A DNA stretch of 64,000 nucleotides from an uncultured Fibrobacterota bacterium. GTDB taxonomy: Bacteria; Fibrobacterota; Chitinivibrionia; Chitinivibrionales; FEN-1185. The stretch is from NCBI GenBank assembly GCA_963729895.1, contig CAVSQB010000026.1:111881-175880 (forward strand). Reading direction: 5' to 3'. Below the pieces are notes generated by a model, which was not told where the DNA came from, did no database searches, and saw nothing but the letters and a program-made list of their open reading frames with translations. Each line of letters begins with the position of its first letter. Within the stretch, counting starts at the first letter, position 1. The position numbers and the translations under genes are program-made. This document shows, one piece after another, positions 1 through 9,374 of this stretch.

Positions 1-917
1 AGCGAGCTGTTCACAATGTCGACGCCCAGGCTCTCGGCCCACACCATGGCCGCCGCCCAGTTGTCTTCCTCGTAATGTTTTTCAACCGGAGAATCTTCGG
101 TGCAGGCCAGGATAAAATGCGCGCCCCATGCAACGCCCATGAATTGCGGCGGATCGTACCCTGCGATCGTCGCGAGCGTGCACGAACCGTGTTCGTCGTT
201 CTGGTAGTATGCGCTCGCCGGGTTGTCTGCCACGGAATCCGGATCGGAAACGGTATTGTTGTGGTCGATAAAATTGCTGTCGGCAACAACAAGATTGTGA
301 GCATTAAGATACGAAAAGCACCGGTGCTGGAGGCGGAATCCTGAGTCGAACATACCGATGAGAATACCGTCTCCGGGCGCCGCTGGGCCTTTTGCCTCAA
401 TGAGGCGGTGCGCGGGCGGCACGTTGAGCATCGCGAGCTGGGCAAAGGCGAGACCGTAGATCGAATCTCCTTTGAACGCTGCCGCCTTGCCGAGGCTTTT
501 TGCGGTGGGTAAAGGCGTATTGACAAACGACCGTACCAGCATAAGATCCCGCACGCAGGCAAGGTTGGCAATTGCGTCAAGCTGCGGGGATGCGACGGTA
601 AAACTCGCGGCGTTCGCCCACTTGAAGATGTTGGCGCGCTTGGCGCCCAGGAGTTCAACTTGGCGCAGGTATGTTTCGGCCACCGGAACATCCGAGAATC
701 CTCCGTCACGAACACCCGCGCGCGTCCTTCTCGCAAGCGCGCGCGGCGAGACCCCGCCGGCACCGGCAGTAGGATTTTTGTCCGTAAATATCACCCATAC
801 CTTGCAGACCGTATCTTTCGCAGACAGCGCCTCAAGACTCTTTCGCAACGGTGCGGCGGACGGCGACGCCGGGGGCCAAAGAAACGCCAGCAACGCAAAC
901 AGCATCGCCGCGGGCAT
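1..917 (-). CDS. S8 (subtilisin-like) serine peptidase, secreted; runs off the left edge; absent from the supplied ORF track
   Basis: Manual translation of the minus strand from ATG 917 (alternative TTG 977): signal-like MPAAMLFALLAFLWP, catalytic Asp motif ILIGMFDSGF, His motif DEHGSCTLATIAG, then GVAWGA..EEDNWAAAMVWAESLGVDIVNSS. Confidence 0.85.
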   Translation of the reverse strand, partial: MPAAMLFALLAFLWPPASPSAAPLRKSLEALSAKDTVCKVWVIFTDKNPTAGAGGVSPRALARRTRAGVRDGGFSDVPVAETYLRQVELLGAKRANIFKWANAASFTVASPQLDAIANLACVRDLMLVRSFVNTPLPTAKSLGKAAAFKGDSIYGLAFAQLAMLNVPPAHRLIEAKGPAAPGDGILIGMFDSGFRLQHRCFSYLNAHNLVVADSNFIDHNNTVSDPDSVADNPASAYYQNDEHGSCTLATIAGYDPPQFMGVAWGAHFILACTEDSPVEKHYEEDNWAAAMVWAESLGVDIVNSS

Positions 918-1050
918 AATGAGGCGAAAGGCCCCGGCGTGTCCCTCAAAAAAGCGTGTGATGGAGCCGTTTATCAAGGAATGCAGTCCCTTGGGGGATT
1001 TTGGTTGCGCGGGGTTTCACGGCATGCGATTCCGTCAAGAGCAGCCGTGT

Positions 1051-2949
1051 CTATTTCACGCGCACGATTTCGGTCCGGCGGTTGAGCGCCCTGCCCGCCG
1101 CGGTCCGGTTGTCGGCAATCGGATCGGCGGCCCCGTATCCGATGGCGCGCACGCGCGGGGAATCTATGCCCTGATTGATAATATACTGCCTTACCGATTC
1201 CGCGCGCATCTGGGTGAGCTGCAGCGCGGCCGCAGATTTGAGAAGTCCATCGGAATAGCAGCGAACTTCTATTTCTATTTCCGGGAACTCCTTCATGGTT
1301 GTGGCAACAGGGTCCAGCCACTGGAGCGATTCAAATGTCATTTCCGCGGAGTTCTTCCGGTACGTCACCCCGCGCAAGGTCTGCTGCTGCGGAAAATTTA
1401 GTTCCTTCTTCACCGGTGCGGGCGTGGACGTGGTATCGGGGCAGCCGTTGTTGCTCGCCGGCCCCGGTACATTGGGGCACTTGTCTTTGAGGTCAGGCAC
1501 GCCGTCCATATCGTTGTCGAGGTCGGGACAGCCGTCGTCGTCCTCAAAACCGTCGATATCTTCGGGCTCATTAGGGCATTTGTCAATAGAATCCGGAATG
1601 CCGTCGCGGTCGTTGTCGAAATCCGGGCATCCGTCGTTATCCTCGAAGCCGTCGAAATCCTCGGGTTCGTTGGGGCACTGGTCCCTTGCATCAGCTATCC
1701 CGTCGCCGTCGTTGTCGAGGTCCGGACAGCCGTCGTCGTCCTCAAAACCGTCCACGTCTTCCGGCTTTGTAGGGCATTTGTCTACCCCTTTGCACACGGC
1801 GGCGTACTTGCTTTCCTGGTGTTTCTGCGACACCCACGGATCGCAGATGCCGTCCTTGTCGCTGTCCGGGTCCGGGCACCCGTTGTTCCAGGCGGGCCCC
1901 GAATCGTCGGGGCATTTGTCGACGTTATCGGGAACACCGTCGTGATCACGGTCTTGCGTTGTGCGAAATCCGTTCCACCCGAAGGTAAACTGCACTCCAT
2001 AGGCAGGCTGGACTCCGGTTGAGTAGGTGAACCCCTTCTCGTGCCAGTTGTACCTGTCCTGGTCGCGGTTCGACGACAGGCTGAACTCCCCCGCGAGGCA
2101 AAAGTAAAGGCCGGTCGGCGTTGTAACGCGCACTCCCGGAGTGACCCACAACGGGTCTTTGCGGATATCGTACCCCGACGAGAGGTTGCTCCACCTCGAC
2201 TCCGCCGTTATTTCGGCAAAAAGGGCGACAAACTCCGCCGGCGTGTACTCGAGGGCCAGCGCCCCGCACACCGTGTTCTGGGAGTTCACGTCCGTAAAGA
2301 CCCCGCCCAGATTCGCGTGTATCTGCAGCGGCGCCCGCTTGCCCAGGTCGAGTGTAAAGATTATCATCGGTTTCACCGTTACGTACGCCACGGTGTAAAA
2401 ATACTGGGTTTGACCCAGCGCCGTATCCACCGCATGGGGCAGGTGGCGCGGGAAGAGACCGTCTCCCTTGGTGCCGGTTGGAAACGTGGCCGACACGAGG
2501 ATGGCTTGGTAGAAGTACTTGTCAAAAGATATCGGCGGCAGCATGAACTTGGTGGTGAGCTCAACGTCCCCGAGTCCCGCGTCCGTTGGTCCGAATCCGC
2601 TCCAGTCGTAGTACACCGGCAACGCCACGGCGAGGTCCCAGTAATTAAGGAGCCCCAGGGAGAGATAGAAATCTGAGGAGATAAGCTTGGCCGGGTCCTG
2701 GATCACATTTGCAATGGATTTGTCATCCGGTTCGATCCGGGTGATATCCCAGGTTGGGCCCTTTACATAATCGGACGATTGCTCGACCTCGACGCCCAAC
2801 CCGGCATTCATCCTGCCCTGCCCGAGGGTCTTTGCCGACTGGGTGCGCACAAGGCCGTTCAGGCCGTCCGTGTTGTCGGTTGCCCACGACCCCATGAGGG
2901 CGAACAGACACAGCAAACAGCAAAAAGGAATTCTTTGCGCCGGATCCAT
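1051..2949 (-). CDS. OmpA-family outer membrane protein with thrombospondin type-3 (DxDxDG...DxCP) repeats
   Basis: Signal peptide, aromatic-rich barrel-like N-terminal region, many DNDxDGIPD/DKCP repeats, C-terminal OmpA-like domain ending NRRTEI. Confidence 0.9.
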   Translation of the reverse strand: MDPAQRIPFCCLLCLFALMGSWATDNTDGLNGLVRTQSAKTLGQGRMNAGLGVEVEQSSDYVKGPTWDITRIEPDDKSIANVIQDPAKLISSDFYLSLGLLNYWDLAVALPVYYDWSGFGPTDAGLGDVELTTKFMLPPISFDKYFYQAILVSATFPTGTKGDGLFPRHLPHAVDTALGQTQYFYTVAYVTVKPMIIFTLDLGKRAPLQIHANLGGVFTDVNSQNTVCGALALEYTPAEFVALFAEITAESRWSNLSSGYDIRKDPLWVTPGVRVTTPTGLYFCLAGEFSLSSNRDQDRYNWHEKGFTYSTGVQPAYGVQFTFGWNGFRTTQDRDHDGVPDNVDKCPDDSGPAWNNGCPDPDSDKDGICDPWVSQKHQESKYAAVCKGVDKCPTKPEDVDGFEDDDGCPDLDNDGDGIADARDQCPNEPEDFDGFEDNDGCPDFDNDRDGIPDSIDKCPNEPEDIDGFEDDDGCPDLDNDMDGVPDLKDKCPNVPGPASNNGCPDTTSTPAPVKKELNFPQQQTLRGVTYRKNSAEMTFESLQWLDPVATTMKEFPEIEIEVRCYSDGLLKSAAALQLTQMRAESVRQYIINQGIDSPRVRAIGYGAADPIADNRTAAGRALNRRTEIVRVK

Positions 2950-3004
2950 CGGCCCGGTCTCCTTTGCCAGCGCACCAACCGCCGCCGGGGCGTGGACTGT
3001 CGTG

Positions 3005-4978
3005 TCAGTCGATCCGTCTCATTTCGATCCGGCGGTTGAACGCACGGCCTTCGGGCGTTGTGTTATTGGTAATCGGGTCTTCCCCTCCCCTGCCGATGGC
3101 CTTGATGCGCGAAGAATCAACTCCGCGGAGAATCAGATACGCCCGCACGGTTTCGGCCCGGTGTAACGACAGCTTCTTATTGGCCGCGGCGTTGCCGGAG
3201 TTATCCGTAAAGCCGCATATCTCAATCTTCACTTCTGGATACGCTTTGAGGGATTCGAAAACGTCATCGAGCTTCTGATACGACTCCGAGACGAGGTCGG
3301 AGGAGTTCGGTTTGAAATCGATGCCCTTGAGAATGAGCCTGCCCCGCTTAATCTCTTTTGCTTTTGGCGATTCCTGGAGGACCTCCTTGGGGCACCCGAA
3401 ATTGTCGGCAGGACCGGGCACGTCTGGACATCTGTCCAAGCTGTCCGGTACGCCGTCGAGGTCGTTGTCGTAATCCGGGCATCCGTCCTCGTCTTCAAAG
3501 TTATCCATGTCCTCGGGAAGGTTGGGACACTTGTCGCTGCCCTTGCATAACTTTTCGTACTGCTTTTCGCGGTGCTGATCCGCCACCCACGGATCGCAAA
3601 TGCCGTCCTTGTCGTTGTCCGGGTCCGGACAACCGTCCTTGTCCTGGAAGCCGTCGTAATCCTCGGGATCGTCCGGGCATTCGTCAAGAGAATCCGCGAT
3701 GCCGTCCTTGTCGTTGTCGTAGTCCGGGCATCCGTCTTCGTCCTCGAAGCCGTCGAAGTCTTCGGGAACCTGGGGGCATTTGTCAATTGAATCGGGAATG
3801 CCGTCGTTGTCGCTGTCGAAATTCTTCCGGACCTTCTGCGCCGGTTCAACCTTGAAAAGAAAGCCGCACCAGCCGATGGACGCGTTCAGCTTCCAGTTGG
3901 GCTGCAGCCGCGCTATGGTGTAGGCGTTCTGTGCTTCATACGTAATCGGGGCCTGCGACGAGAGGCCCCAGTCGGCGCCAAGGGAAACAAACAAGCCTTC
4001 GGGCATGTGGATGATGATTCCGGGCGACAGCCGGAGAGGATCGTTTCCGATCTTGAAACCGTCGGTTATGCTGCCCAGCCGCGGTTCCGCGCTTGCTTCG
4101 GTGTAGAGCGAAATCCACGAGGCGGGGCGGTATTCGGCCGCGGCATTGAACAGGAGAACCTGATCGAAACCGCGCGCCGCCAGGATGCGGGCTCCAAGAT
4201 TGACATGCAGTAAGAGCGGTATGACGTCGTCGTGTTCCCAGCAATTGAAGGTGAAAAGCAGTTTGAGTTCCACTTCCGTAATGCCCGACGAATAGCAGGA
4301 CGAGAGCGCCTGCGCCGAATCGCCGCTCGGAGTCAGCACCGTGGAATCCTTGAGCAGGTAGTAGGTGTGGCGCGGAAAATAGCCGTGCGTCTTGTCGCCC
4401 GTGGGAAGGCTGACGCTCGCGAGATACGCCATGTCAAGAACACGGGGACCCTTGCGAGGCGGCACCTGCAATTTCAACTTGAATTCCAAGTCACCCAATC
4501 CTCCTTGTATCCCGCCATAGCTCTTCTCTGGCGGCGGGGGAAGGGAATCGTACCGGGACATGTTGTCGATGTACAGGGGCAGGGTCGCGGAAATATCGAG
4601 GAAGTTCAGGATGCCGAAACCGATTGAAGGCATGATGTCGTACGGGGAACCTTGCGGATTCAGAACGGGGAGGTGCGTCGCGTCAAGGTTGACAAGTTGG
4701 ACTATGGAGTTGTCGAGGCTCGCGTCTCCGAATGCCGAAAACACCAGCCGGCCCATGCCGAGCGTCTTTGCAGACTCGGTGTACTCAAGTCCCACCTGAC
4801 CGAACCGGTTGATAATCGGCTCGGTGGGCGATTGCGCTTTGGCGCAGGTACACAGGACAAGAACAAACGCCGCAACAATCGCCGCCTTGGCCGCTTCTTT
4901 GGCGGACAACAACTCGGGGGCCGGAACAGAATGACAATGTGCATAAAACGCTCTTCTTCCCGGAAGCAGAAAAATCAT
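3005..4978 (-). CDS. OmpA-family protein with TSP3 repeats, tandem paralog of 1051-2949 (start uncertain, 4978 or 5005)
   Basis: Same architecture; GFTDNSGNAAANKKLSLHRAETV and NRRIEM OmpA motifs. Confidence 0.9.
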   Translation of the reverse strand: MIFLLPGRRAFYAHCHSVPAPELLSAKEAAKAAIVAAFVLVLCTCAKAQSPTEPIINRFGQVGLEYTESAKTLGMGRLVFSAFGDASLDNSIVQLVNLDATHLPVLNPQGSPYDIMPSIGFGILNFLDISATLPLYIDNMSRYDSLPPPPEKSYGGIQGGLGDLEFKLKLQVPPRKGPRVLDMAYLASVSLPTGDKTHGYFPRHTYYLLKDSTVLTPSGDSAQALSSCYSSGITEVELKLLFTFNCWEHDDVIPLLLHVNLGARILAARGFDQVLLFNAAAEYRPASWISLYTEASAEPRLGSITDGFKIGNDPLRLSPGIIIHMPEGLFVSLGADWGLSSQAPITYEAQNAYTIARLQPNWKLNASIGWCGFLFKVEPAQKVRKNFDSDNDGIPDSIDKCPQVPEDFDGFEDEDGCPDYDNDKDGIADSLDECPDDPEDYDGFQDKDGCPDPDNDKDGICDPWVADQHREKQYEKLCKGSDKCPNLPEDMDNFEDEDGCPDYDNDLDGVPDSLDRCPDVPGPADNFGCPKEVLQESPKAKEIKRGRLILKGIDFKPNSSDLVSESYQKLDDVFESLKAYPEVKIEICGFTDNSGNAAANKKLSLHRAETVRAYLILRGVDSSRIKAIGRGGEDPITNNTTPEGRAFNRRIEMRRID

Positions 4979-5332
4979 TCTCTCGTTCCCCCATCCCTGC
5001 CGCAATTACTTTCGTGCAAATAAGTTGGCCCAAAGCAACAGCAACGAAAAACCGGCAGCAGGACTTCGGAATTTCGCTCGCTGTGAAACGCTTCAAAATT
5101 ACTCTGTCTCACCCATGGAAATCAACGTTTCTGCGCACAATCAACGCAGCACCGACAATTATGGAATGTCGGCCCACGGCTGGGGAAAACGCTGCTGAAG
5201 CGGGCTCAGGGGAAGGGCAAAAGTGCGCCGCCGGGGGGAGGGGAATTGTCGATTCGTAATGTACTCGCACGGCCCGGCGAAGCGGTCGTCCGCACCTCAA
5301 ACATCGGGGGGAGACAGGTCCCTGCCGCCGTC

Positions 5333-7318
5333 CTACTTTATTTCCTCAATAGCAATGAGCGCCTGGTCTTTCTCAACCATGGCGCCGTCCTCCACCAGGA
5401 ACCGGAGGATCTTGCACTTGACCGGGGTGACAATCTCGTTGAACAGCTTCATGGCCTCAACGATGCACACCTTGGCGCCGGCATCAACCACGTCGCCGAC
5501 GTCAACAAGCTTGGGTTTGCCCGGACCGGACGTGGAATAAAATGTTCCCACCAGCGGCGCCTTGATCGTCATCCCCTCAGGCGCAGGGACCGAGGGTTTT
5601 TCCTGCTTCACGGACACGGGCGGCGCCTCGGCGGGCCGTTTCTTCTCTTCACCCGCTTTCGGGACGGCGGACGGCGCGGGTTTCGGGATAACGGGAATTT
5701 TGGTCGTGTCGGACCTGAGCGAGAGCGAAAAATCGCCCTTCCTGAATGTCAATTCATCGAGCTGCAGGCCTCCGGCCTTGCCCAGAAGCTCGCCGAGCCC
5801 GCGGTAATCCTCGGGATGCAGAATCTGGTCGAGCGATGTGCCTTCCTGTTTTTCCTGCTCCGGCTCCCGCGCTTTCTTTTCCGGAACTTTCAGGAATTTC
5901 TTCAGCTCGAGATCGGCGGGCGTTTCGGGACGTTGCCCCTCGGGCAGGTCCCGCCACTTGAAATACTCCATGCTCGGCTCCGGCAGGATGCAGTAGGAAA
6001 TGATATCTTCTTCATTCTTGATGTATTTCGGGTCAATTCCCTCCGTCGCCTTGGGCAGCATGGGCGCAATGGTGTCTCCCGGCCGTACGGTGATCGGCTT
6101 TTCGTCTCCCAGAATTTTCCTCGCAAGTTCGGGATTCACCTTTCCCGGCGCCCGGCCGTACAGGCCGCGGAAATAATCCTTCACTTCGTTCGGAATAATC
6201 TTGTACCGCTCGCCCGAAAGGACGTTCATCACCGCCTGCGCGCCCACGATCTGGCTCGTGGGGGTCACGAGCGGCGGCCAACCGAGGTCCTCCCGCACGC
6301 GCCTCACCTCCGCAAGCGCAAGATCCAGTTTGTCAAGGGCGTTCTGCTTGGAAAGCTGAGACCGGAAATTGGAGATCATGCCTCCCGGGATCTGGTGGAT
6401 AAGGATCTGCGGGTCGATGCAGAACACGAGCGAGGTGTCGGTGTTGCGCTGCGGATACAGATCCGCAAAGTAACGGTGCACCTTGAGCATCGCGTCCTTG
6501 TCGAGGTCGGCGTGGTAATCGGTCTCGGAAAAAATGGCTTCAAGCGTTTCCACCGGCGGCTGGCTGCTGGTTCCCGCCATCGCCGCGACGGCGCAGTCGA
6601 TGGCTCCCGCGCCTGCGCGCACCCCCTCGACGTAGGTGGAAATGGCCATGCCCGAGCTGGCATGGCAGTGCAGTTGTATCGGTATGTCAAGTTGCTCGAT
6701 AAGCGCACTCACCAGGCGTTCCGCCATCATGGGCGACAGGATGCCGGCCATGTCCTTGATGCAGATCGAATCAACGCCGAGCTGCTTCTGCTCGCGCGCG
6801 TATTCCACGAATTTCTTGATGGTGTGCACCGGGCTGATGGTGTAGCACAGGGTGCCCTGCGCGTGACCGCCGTGCTTCTTGACCGCCCGCACCGCCGCCT
6901 CGATGTTTCGCGTGTCGTTAAGCGCGTCGAACACGCGGAAGATGTCCATGCCGTTTTCGCAGGCAAGCGCCACGAACCGGTCCACGACGTCGTCGGCATA
7001 GTTCTTGTATCCGACCAGGTTCTGGCCTCGCAGGAGCATTTGCAGCGGCGTCTTCTTCGTCTTCGACTTGATGAGCCGCAGGCGCTCCCACGGGTTTTCC
7101 CGGAGAAAGCGGAGGCACACGTCAAATGTCGCGCCGCCCCAGCATTCCAGGGAATAGTAACCCACATTGTCGATGGTGTCGATGATCTTGACAATGTCCT
7201 CGGTGCGCATGCGCGTGGCCCACAACGACTGGTGCGCATCGCGCAAGGTGGTGTCGGTGATGCGCAGCGGTATCTTGTGCAGCTTGTTCTCAATGGTTTG
7301 TTTTTTCGCCCTGGCCAT
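5333..7318 (-). CDS. Pyruvate/oxaloacetate carboxyltransferase (PycB/OadA-like) fused to an AccB-like biotin carboxyl carrier
   Basis: DTTLRDAHQSL, ECWGGATFD, KDMAG and HCH motifs; C-terminal GTFYSTSGPGKP (thumb-like) and EAMK biotinylation site. Confidence 0.9.
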   Translation of the reverse strand: MARAKKQTIENKLHKIPLRITDTTLRDAHQSLWATRMRTEDIVKIIDTIDNVGYYSLECWGGATFDVCLRFLRENPWERLRLIKSKTKKTPLQMLLRGQNLVGYKNYADDVVDRFVALACENGMDIFRVFDALNDTRNIEAAVRAVKKHGGHAQGTLCYTISPVHTIKKFVEYAREQKQLGVDSICIKDMAGILSPMMAERLVSALIEQLDIPIQLHCHASSGMAISTYVEGVRAGAGAIDCAVAAMAGTSSQPPVETLEAIFSETDYHADLDKDAMLKVHRYFADLYPQRNTDTSLVFCIDPQILIHQIPGGMISNFRSQLSKQNALDKLDLALAEVRRVREDLGWPPLVTPTSQIVGAQAVMNVLSGERYKIIPNEVKDYFRGLYGRAPGKVNPELARKILGDEKPITVRPGDTIAPMLPKATEGIDPKYIKNEEDIISYCILPEPSMEYFKWRDLPEGQRPETPADLELKKFLKVPEKKAREPEQEKQEGTSLDQILHPEDYRGLGELLGKAGGLQLDELTFRKGDFSLSLRSDTTKIPVIPKPAPSAVPKAGEEKKRPAEAPPVSVKQEKPSVPAPEGMTIKAPLVGTFYSTSGPGKPKLVDVGDVVDAGAKVCIVEAMKLFNEIVTPVKCKILRFLVEDGAMVEKDQALIAIEEIK

Positions 7319-7362
7319 GGATATGTCCTGTTCGGTTTGGTTCAATTCTAAGACAAGTATCT

Positions 7363-7376
7363 GGGCGTTTCCCTCG
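7363..7376 (+). repeat. 5' fragment of repeat family A (GGGCGTTTCCCTCG)
   Basis: Identical to the first 14 nt of the family A copy at 57359. Confidence 0.55.
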
Positions 7377-7396
7377 GTGAATCTTTTCTTCTTTGC

Positions 7397-7426
7397 CCCG
7401 TGTTCTCCGTGTCTCCGTGGTGAATC
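7397..7426. repeat. CTCCGTG(T/C)CTCCGTGGTGAA-type short repeat
   Basis: Nearly identical to 24056-24080. Confidence 0.7.
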
Positions 7427-7432
7427 TTATTC

Positions 7433-8383
7433 TTAGTCTGCAAACAACCCCATCTTCGAGTATTTCTCGAACCGGTGCCGCAGGAGCCTCGACGTCGACT
7501 GCGCGGCAAGCCTCTTGAGGTGCTTGAGCAGCGCGCGTTTGATTTCCTGCGCCGTCAGTTCGTAGTTCCGGTGCGCCCCGCCGAGCGGCTCGGGCACTAT
7601 CTCGTCTATCACGCCGAGCGCGCGCAGCGACGGTGCGGTGGGCTTGAGCGCCTCGGCGGCCTGGGGCGAATACGACGCATCACGCCACAAAATGGACGCG
7701 CAGCCTTCCGGGGAAATCACCGAATACACGGAGTGCGACAGCATGAGCACTGCATCGCCCACGCCGATGGCCAGCGCGCCTCCGCTGCCGCCTTCTCCCG
7801 TGACAAGAGCGATGATGGGAACCGCGAGCCTGGCCATTTCGGTAAGGTTCGTAGCGATCGCCTCGGGCTGGCCGCGTTCCTCCGCCTCAATGCCGGGATA
7901 GGCGCCCTGGGTGTCGATAAAGCACAGCACGGGCAAGCCGTACTTTTCCGCCAGTTTCATAAGGCGGAGCGCCTTGCGGTATCCCTCCGGCTTTGCCTGG
8001 CCGAAATTGCGTTTTACATTTTCGTCGACGTTCTTGCCCTTGTTGTGGCCGATAAGCATTACCCTGCGTTTTCCGATGGTAGCGAACCCGCCGATAAGCG
8101 CTGCATCGTCGCCGAAGGACCGGTCGCCGTGCAGTTCGATGAAATCGGAGAAGACGAGTGAAATGTAATCCTGGAGCACGGGCCGCTTGGGGTGGCGCGC
8201 AATCTGCACCGTTTGCCAGGCCGTCAGGTTTCCGTATAGCTCCTGTTTCTGCTGCTGGCATTTCTTTTCGAGTTCGGCTATTTCGTCGTTGTAATGGTTC
8301 TTGTCGGGAGAGATCGACTTGAGCTTCTCGATCATCTTCTCCATTTCGGCAATTGACTTTTCAAAATCGAAATAGTCGCTCAT
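7433..8383 (-). CDS. accA: Acetyl-CoA carboxylase carboxyltransferase alpha subunit
   Basis: ARHPKRP, ELHGDR, PEGYRKALR, GEGGSGGAL, ISPEGCASILW. Confidence 0.97.
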   Translation of the reverse strand: MSDYFDFEKSIAEMEKMIEKLKSISPDKNHYNDEIAELEKKCQQQKQELYGNLTAWQTVQIARHPKRPVLQDYISLVFSDFIELHGDRSFGDDAALIGGFATIGKRRVMLIGHNKGKNVDENVKRNFGQAKPEGYRKALRLMKLAEKYGLPVLCFIDTQGAYPGIEAEERGQPEAIATNLTEMARLAVPIIALVTGEGGSGGALAIGVGDAVLMLSHSVYSVISPEGCASILWRDASYSPQAAEALKPTAPSLRALGVIDEIVPEPLGGAHRNYELTAQEIKRALLKHLKRLAAQSTSRLLRHRFEKYSKMGLFAD

Positions 8384-8406
8384 AGGATGCGCCTTGGCCG
8401 GACCGG

Positions 8407-9243
8407 TTAACGGGCGTAGTACAGGAGAACGTTCTTAAGGGTTTCTTTGAGCTTTTTCCGCGCGACGATCAGGTCGATGAACCCGTGCTCCAGAAAATAT
8501 TCCGAGGTCTGGAAATTATCGGGAAGTTTCTGTTTGATGGTCTGCTCTATCACGCGCCTGCCCGCAAACCCAACCAGTGCACCCGGTTCCGCGATGTTGA
8601 CGTCGCCGACCATGGCGTAACTTGCAACAACGCCTCCCGTCGTAGGGTCCGTAAGCACCGAAAGGTAGGGGATTTTCTTTTCCCGAAGACGCGCAATGCC
8701 CGCGCATGTCTTGGCCATCTGCATGAGCGAAAGGATTCCCTCGTGCATGCGCGCGCCGCCCGAGGCGGAGAAGATGATGTACGGAATCTTGTGTTCATAG
8801 GAATAATTTGCGGCCAGGAGGATTTTTTCTCCCGTAGCGCTTCCGAGGCTGCCGCCGAAAAACCGGAAGTCCATCACCGAAATTGAAACGGCGATTTCAT
8901 GGATCTTCCCGATGCCGCACACGACGGATTCGTTGAGCCCGGTCTTCTCGCGGGCTTCTTTCACCTTGTCTTTGTAACTGCCCTTGGCGTAAACAAAAGA
9001 CAGCGGGTCGGAGGCAGTTATCGCGGTGAACATCTCCTTGAACGTATCGATGTCAAGGATCTGACCGATCCGCTCATATGCGGTCAACTTGCCGTGGTAA
9101 CCGCATTTTGGGCAGACATTAAGGGAATTGCACCAATCTTCCTTGAACACGTGCGCGTTGCAGGAATCGCACTTGACCCAAATATCGTCTTTGACAGGCT
9201 TGGGCTGCTCTTCGGTGGATTTCGATTTTATGAACCAGGGCAC
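8407..9243 (-). CDS. accD: Acetyl-CoA carboxylase carboxyltransferase beta subunit
   Basis: Zn finger WVKCDSC..CPKC, GGSLG, SGGARMHEG, DPTTGGV, GFAGRRVI. Confidence 0.97.
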   Translation of the reverse strand: MPWFIKSKSTEEQPKPVKDDIWVKCDSCNAHVFKEDWCNSLNVCPKCGYHGKLTAYERIGQILDIDTFKEMFTAITASDPLSFVYAKGSYKDKVKEAREKTGLNESVVCGIGKIHEIAVSISVMDFRFFGGSLGSATGEKILLAANYSYEHKIPYIIFSASGGARMHEGILSLMQMAKTCAGIARLREKKIPYLSVLTDPTTGGVVASYAMVGDVNIAEPGALVGFAGRRVIEQTIKQKLPDNFQTSEYFLEHGFIDLIVARKKLKETLKNVLLYYAR

Positions 9244-9317
9244 TAATTACTTCCTTCAATAATCATGCACGGTAACGAAATTTGTCTGTTTGAAGAAAAG
9301 GCCTGGGAAGGGCGGAT

Positions 9318-9360
9318 TTGGCCTGGAGGATAAATATATAACAAATCCAGGCCAAGTCAA
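9318..9360 (-). promoter_or_regulatory. Putative sigma70 promoter of accD overlapped by a 10-bp inverted repeat
   Basis: Minus strand TTGACT-16nt-TATATT; TTGGCCTGGA...TCCAGGCCAA inverted repeat around the -10 box. Confidence 0.45.
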
Positions 9361-9374
9361 TAATTGTACCTGAA

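Noticed and set aside
5246..7351. Long plus-strand ORF (701 aa) and similar antisense ORFs (e.g. 472-1401, 42561-43616, 57480-58700)
   Set aside because: Shadow frames opposite well-supported genes in GC-rich DNA, with no recognisable motifs.
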